Source: Coriobacteriia bacterium | GTDB taxonomy: Bacteria > Actinomycetota > Coriobacteriia > Anaerosomatales > PALSA-660 | Assembly: GCA_025361335.1 (NCBI GenBank) | Contig: JANYAK010000002.1 | Span: 1,060-65,059 of the forward strand | Length of the DNA: 64,000 nt | Reading direction: 5' to 3' | Shown: positions 57,101-64,000 of the stretch, one piece after another | Layout of the letters: every line of letters starts with the position of its first letter | How positions within the stretch are numbered: the first letter of the stretch is position 1 | Translations under genes and position numbers: made by a program | Notes under the pieces: model-generated | The model's database searches: none | What the model was told of the DNA's origin: nothing | What the model saw: the letters and a program-made list of their open reading frames with translations, nothing else

Positions 57101-58042
57101 TCATCGCCGCGCGCCGGCCTCCTTGAAGCCCTCACCGAGCACCTCGTGCACGTCGGAGATGACCAGGAACGCCTCGGGGTCCAGCGCGTGCACGATGGCC
57201 TTGAGCGCGTCGAGCTCGTTGCGGGACACGACGCAGAAGATGACATCGCGGTCCTCCCCACTGTAGACGCCGCGGCTCTTGAGCGCCGTGGCGCCCCTCC
57301 CCAGCTCGTCGACGATGGCTTGGCCGATGGCGGCCGCCTGGAGCGAGAAGATGTAGGCCGCCTTCTCGGTAACCAGCCCCTCCTGCACCAGGTCGATGGT
57401 CTGCCCGCCCACGAACACGGCCACCGCGCCGTACAGCGCGAGCGTCGGGCCGAACACCAGCCCCGCGGCGACCAGGACTATGACGTCCAGCGCCAGCATC
57501 AGCTGTCCGATGCCGATCGAGATCCTTCTAGTGAGCAGCTGCGCGATGATGTCGGTGCCCCCGGTGTTGCCGCCGACCCGGAACACCATGCCGACGCCCA
57601 GGCCCATGAGCGCGCCTCCCCACAGCGCCGCGAGCAAAGGGTCGTTCGCCGCCAGGTGCGGCACGAGGGGCCTGAACCACGGCAGGGCCAGCACGTCGAC
57701 CGCCACCGACAGGCCGAGCGCACCGAAGATGGTCTTGCCGCCGTAGCGCCAGCCGCGCGCGCGGATCCCGATGACGAGCAGGACGACGTTCATCATCGCC
57801 ATCTGGATGCCGACGGGCACGATCACCGGCGAGTGGAGGTTCTTCAGCACGTAGAAGATGACGGTAGCCAGACCCGATACGCCGCCGCCTGCGATCCTGT
57901 TCGGGATGAGGAAGGCGTCGAGCCCCCAGGCGGCGATGAGGATGCCCAGCGTCATCCAGAAGGTGTCGCGCACCGGCCTGCTGCGCAAGATGCGCTGGGG
58001 CGACATGGGGCGGGCGAGCCTGTTGACCGTGGCGCGCACCAT
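57101..58042 (-). CDS. YitT-family membrane protein (DUF2179 C-terminal domain)
   Basis: Polytopic N-terminal part (FLIPN.IA.GGVSG, GGNTGGTDI) and a C-terminal DUF2179-like domain. The start codon abuts the stop of the PHP gene. Confidence 0.8.
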   Translation of the reverse strand: MVRATVNRLARPMSPQRILRSRPVRDTFWMTLGILIAAWGLDAFLIPNRIAGGGVSGLATVIFYVLKNLHSPVIVPVGIQMAMMNVVLLVIGIRARGWRYGGKTIFGALGLSVAVDVLALPWFRPLVPHLAANDPLLAALWGGALMGLGVGMVFRVGGNTGGTDIIAQLLTRRISIGIGQLMLALDVIVLVAAGLVFGPTLALYGAVAVFVGGQTIDLVQEGLVTEKAAYIFSLQAAAIGQAIVDELGRGATALKSRGVYSGEDRDVIFCVVSRNELDALKAIVHALDPEAFLVISDVHEVLGEGFKEAGARR

Positions 58043-58801
58043 CTAGCCCTCCGCCCCGCCCACGTCGAGCCGCGGCCGCGGGCGGCGCGCCAGCAGATGC
58101 TCCAGCACGCTGGCCGCGCTGCGGTTCACGATGCGGTCCTCGGTGATGCCGATCTGCTCGACGACCTCCAGCGCGCGATCGAGGCCGCCGATCAGGTCGT
58201 GATAGTGCGCGTCCGAGTTCACCGCGATGGCGCAGCCTACGTCGAACGCGGCTTGGGCGAACTCGATCTCGCGGGCGCGCGAGCGGGAGCGCACGCTGCT
58301 GGGATCGAAGCTGTGGTCGTTGATCTCGAGGATCACGCCGGCCCGGACCGCAGCATCCACGACGCGGTCGAGGTGGAGCGGGAACTCCTCCTCGTTGCCG
58401 GGGTGCGTGATCATGTCGACCAGCGGGTTGGCCAGCACCCGCAGCATCGCCTCGGTGTTGCGGTCGCGGTCGCGCTTGTCGAAGCCGCACATCGGGTGGA
58501 AGCCCACCGCCACGAAGTCGAGCACCTCGAGGACGACGTCGGGCAGGTCGATGCCGTTGTCCGTGTCGGCGACGTCGGCCTCGCAGCCTTTGAGGACCCG
58601 GACGCCACACACGAACTGCGGCACCGCCTTGCTGTTCCAGAAGTACCACGGGTGCGCGCCCTGGGGGACGTTGGGGCCGTGGTCGGTGATGGCGATGAGC
58701 TCGAGGCCCTTGTCGGCGGCCGCTCGGGCGTTCTCGGTGACCGTGGAGTAGGCGTGGCCCGACGCGACGGTGTGGCTGTGGAGGTCGGCCAGCAGGCGCA
58801 T
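58043..58801 (-). CDS. PHP-domain metal-dependent phosphatase (YcdX-like)
   Basis: MRLLADLHSHTVASGHAYST...ITDHGP...H....SDAH carries PHP His/Asp motifs. Confidence 0.85.
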   Translation of the reverse strand: MRLLADLHSHTVASGHAYSTVTENARAAADKGLELIAITDHGPNVPQGAHPWYFWNSKAVPQFVCGVRVLKGCEADVADTDNGIDLPDVVLEVLDFVAVGFHPMCGFDKRDRDRNTEAMLRVLANPLVDMITHPGNEEEFPLHLDRVVDAAVRAGVILEINDHSFDPSSVRSRSRAREIEFAQAAFDVGCAIAVNSDAHYHDLIGGLDRALEVVEQIGITEDRIVNRSAASVLEHLLARRPRPRLDVGGAEG

Positions 58802-58804
58802 GGC

Positions 58805-59989
58805 CTACGACCCGGCTTGGGCGGTGGCCTGGGAGGCGGCTGCCACAGCGGCCGCCGCGGCAGTCCCGGCGCCGACCGCCTCGGCGGTGGCCTCGCCCAC
58901 CCGCCAACGGTGGAAGCCGACCACGAACTCGTCGATGCCGCCGCCCAGCACGCTGCTGACGTCGCCGGTCTCGACGCCGGTACGGACGTCCTTGACCAGC
59001 TGGTAGGGATACAGCACGTAGTTGCGGATCTGGCTGCCGAAGCTGATGTCGCGGCGCTCGCCGCGCATCTCGGCCAGATCGGCGTCGCGCGCTGCCTTCT
59101 TCAGCTCGTACAGACGCGAGCGAAGGATCTTCATCGCCGTGTCCTTGTTCTTGAGCTGGCTCTTCTCGTTCTGGCAGGTGACGACCAGGCCGGTGGGGAT
59201 GTGCGTGATGCGCACGGCGGAGTCGGTGGTGTTGACCGTCTGACCGCCGGGGCCCGACGAGCGGTAGACGTCCACGCGGATGTCCTCGTCGCGGATCTCG
59301 ACCTCGATGTCGTCGGGCAGCAGCGGCAAGACCTCGACGCCGGCGAAGGTGGTCTGGCGGCGCTTCTTCTCGTCGGTGGGGCTGATGCGGACCAGGCGGT
59401 GCACGCCGTCCTCGGACTGCAGCATCCCGTAGGCGTTGCGGCCGTGCACGGTGAACACGGCGCGGTCGATGCCCAGCTCGACACCGGGGGTGGCGTCGTT
59501 GAGGTCGACCCTCCATTTGCGGGATTCGGCGTACTTGGTGTACATGCGCAGGAGCATCTCGGCCCAGTCCTGGGCCTCGAGGCCGCCCTGGCCCGGCGTG
59601 ATGGTGACGATGGCGTCGCCGGCGTCGAACTCGCCGGTGAACCAGGAGCCGACCTCCAGGTCCACGACACGCTTCCCGAGGTCGGCCATCAGGCGGTCGC
59701 GCTCGGCGGCCATCTCCTCGTCGTCGTCGGCCAGCGCGAGCTCGTTGCCGGCCTCAGCCTCCTCGACGTCGGAGACGATCGACTCCTGCTGGGCGATCTC
59801 GTCGCGAAGGCCCGCGGCCTTGGACATGACGATCTGGGCCGCCGAGGGGTCGTCCCAGAACCCGGGCGCGGTGGCCTGCCCTTCCAGAGCCGTGGCCTCA
59901 GCGCGCTTGGCATCCAAGTGCAGGTACTCCCCGATGCGCTCCACTCGCGAGCGCATCGCGGCTATGTCCTGACTGCGGTCCTCGACCAT
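58805..59989 (-). CDS. prfB: Peptide chain release factor 2: single uninterrupted ORF, SPT instead of SPF, Ala-rich C-terminal extension
   Basis: 394 aa. GGQ motif (SSGPGGQTVNTTDSAVRITHIPTG). RF2-type domain 2 with RISPTDEKKRRQTTF. No in-frame TGA or frameshift site near the N-terminus. Confidence 0.9.
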   Translation of the reverse strand: MVEDRSQDIAAMRSRVERIGEYLHLDAKRAEATALEGQATAPGFWDDPSAAQIVMSKAAGLRDEIAQQESIVSDVEEAEAGNELALADDDEEMAAERDRLMADLGKRVVDLEVGSWFTGEFDAGDAIVTITPGQGGLEAQDWAEMLLRMYTKYAESRKWRVDLNDATPGVELGIDRAVFTVHGRNAYGMLQSEDGVHRLVRISPTDEKKRRQTTFAGVEVLPLLPDDIEVEIRDEDIRVDVYRSSGPGGQTVNTTDSAVRITHIPTGLVVTCQNEKSQLKNKDTAMKILRSRLYELKKAARDADLAEMRGERRDISFGSQIRNYVLYPYQLVKDVRTGVETGDVSSVLGGGIDEFVVGFHRWRVGEATAEAVGAGTAAAAAVAAASQATAQAGS

Positions 59990-60112
59990 CGGTGGCTACC
60001 TCGGCTGACGTAAGGGCGGGCGCCTGCTGCCGCTGTGGCGAGGCTGCCCAAGGCAGACGTATTCTAACACGCGGCGACGGCACGACCGGGCGCGCGGCGA
60101 CTGGCCGCCAGG

Positions 60113-60562
60113 TCAGATCGACAGGTCGCGAAGGTCGAACGAGGGCGAGAAAGGGTCGACGTAGCGAACGCCCTCCACCACCCTCCCGTCGGCAAAGTCC
60201 TCGGTCAGCACGACGCCGATCCCGGCCAGCCGCGCGGTGGCCCATAGCTGGGCGTCGTAGTAGGACATGCCGTGCTCGATGGTGCCGCGGACGGCGTCGG
60301 CGACGACCTCGTCGGTCACGAACAGCACCGGCCACGTCTCGCGCAGCGCGGCCAGCTCGCGAACAACGACCGGGTGTGCTGCGCGCGGGTAGAGCCTGAG
60401 CATGGTGCTCGCGTACTCGGACAGCACCTGTGTGGACACCGTCCCCGACCGGTTCTCCGCGAGCGCCAACAGCACGGCGTCGGCCGCCACCGCCTTGGGA
60501 GAGCCGTCGACCCACGTGGAATAGACCAGCACGCCGGTGTCGATCAGGACGCCACTACTCAC
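60113..60562 (-). CDS. vapC: PIN-domain toxin (VapC-like)
   Basis: LIDTGVLVY...(acidic residues)...YYDAQLWATA...VLTED pattern of PIN nucleases. The GTG start overlaps the antitoxin stop by 8 nt. The track start at 60583 is possible. Confidence 0.75.
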   Translation of the reverse strand: MSSGVLIDTGVLVYSTWVDGSPKAVAADAVLLALAENRSGTVSTQVLSEYASTMLRLYPRAAHPVVVRELAALRETWPVLFVTDEVVADAVRGTIEHGMSYYDAQLWATARLAGIGVVLTEDFADGRVVEGVRYVDPFSPSFDLRDLSI

Positions 60563-60848
60563 TCTCGCGCGGCTCTCTAGCATGGAAACGCTCGCGCCAG
60601 CCGGTTGTCCTGTCCAGCGGGGCGATCTGGTCCAGCGGCGGCCGCTCCATCGTGAGGAACCGCTGCAGCGCCGCCATGCGCCGCGCCTTGTCCGCGTCTT
60701 GGTCGTACGCGGCGTCGATCGCCTGCCGGATGAGCTCGGACTTGCTCTTGCCGGTTACCTGCGACTCCCGCGCGAGCAGGTCCATCTGCCGGGGATCAAG
60801 CATGATCTGTGTGCGTGTCATGCGCGCCATGATGCGCTTCGCCTCCAA
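60555..60848 (-). CDS. Ribbon-helix-helix (CopG/VapB-like) antitoxin
   Basis: MTRTQIMLDPRQMDLLARESQVTGKSKSELIRQAID is an RHH motif, sited upstream of and overlapping the PIN gene. The exact start (60848, 60827 or 60818 region) is uncertain. Confidence 0.7.
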   Translation of the reverse strand: MEAKRIMARMTRTQIMLDPRQMDLLARESQVTGKSKSELIRQAIDAAYDQDADKARRMAALQRFLTMERPPLDQIAPLDRTTGWRERFHAREPRESE

Positions 60849-61038
60849 CCGATCCCGAACCCGCCCCCGACCGGACTCGCCCGATCGGCCGGGTGCATGA
60901 TGTATGGCTATACATCATGCAAGCGAGAACGTCAGCGGTGAAGCGCCATGAACAGCGCCCGTCGCAGCACACGACAAGGGACCCCGCACGACGCCGAGGC
61001 CCCTTGAGTCGTCCTGGTGCGATGTGCGGGCTGATGCG

Positions 61039-63861
<2,823 letters not shown>

Positions 63862-64000
63862 CGCTTTCGGGCGTATCAGACCCGCTTTCGTGCGCGCGGG
63901 AGGGGGTCAAATGAGCCAAGCGATTGTACCACGGTGCCTGGAGCGCGGACGGCGCCCCAAAGGGCGCCGTCACACGGTAGTGCTGGTGAGTGCGTATTCC

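Noticed and set aside
59900-59989. Programmed +1 frameshift site in prfB (CTT TGA C)
   Set aside because: The RF2 reading frame is continuous from the start codon, with no in-frame TGA near codon 25. This RF2 is therefore not frameshift-regulated.
57071-60013. 980-aa plus-strand ORF spanning yitT, the PHP gene and prfB
   Set aside because: It is antisense to three well-supported, translationally abutting genes. It is a low-complexity, Asp/Arg/Gly/Val-rich shadow ORF.
60113-60848. The VapBC-like pair as a novel system
   Set aside because: It is a standard RHH antitoxin / PIN toxin arrangement with overlapping genes. It is ordinary.

Overview
High-GC bacterial chromosomal segment. Lipobox lipoproteins, System II cytochrome c maturation genes and a split transketolase suggest a Gram-positive, Actinomycetota-like anaerobe. 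This is inference only; the taxon cannot be assigned without a database search. Coding density is very high and most genes are on the minus strand. Many long alternative-frame ORFs in the track are high-GC shadow ORFs, and I did not call them. Housekeeping content: clpP'-tig, a six-tRNA cluster, rdgB-rph-MBL-murI, mgtA, rlmKL, cyclophilin, rnr-rpiA, M42 peptidase, ctpA-ftsX-ftsE, split transketolase, a PAS histidine kinase, prfB-PHP-yitT, a vapBC pair, secA, and a ribosome-rescue neighbourhood (arfB, ssrA tmRNA, smpB). Three accessory modules stand out. (1) A ~10 kb chemosensory operon (5.5-15.7 kb): DUF4388, CheR-TPR, CheY, a catalytically degenerate PilB/GspE-like protein, 2x CheW, a sensor-less MCP, CheA-REC and CheB. 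MshEN-type c-di-GMP-receptor-like motifs occur in two of its proteins. (2) An ArsR - DsrE2/E3-like - TusA - DsrM/NarI-like cytochrome b - DsrK/HdrD-like Fe-S cluster (25.2-28.5 kb) with no DsrAB/DsrC in the window. (3) My top candidate for a novel system is a convergent multihaem cytochrome c island (28.6-40.1 kb). It encodes a membrane-anchored beta-propeller, a lipoprotein with 22 CXXCH motifs, a B12-binding radical SAM enzyme, CcsA, ResB, a small lipoprotein, and a ~1100-aa secreted protein. That secreted protein combines three wall-binding-type repeats, an Ig-like domain, 13 CXXCH motifs and 4 CX4CH motifs. This looks like a Gram-positive extracellular electron-transfer conduit. All functional calls rest on motifs read from the translations. 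No searches or computations were run.
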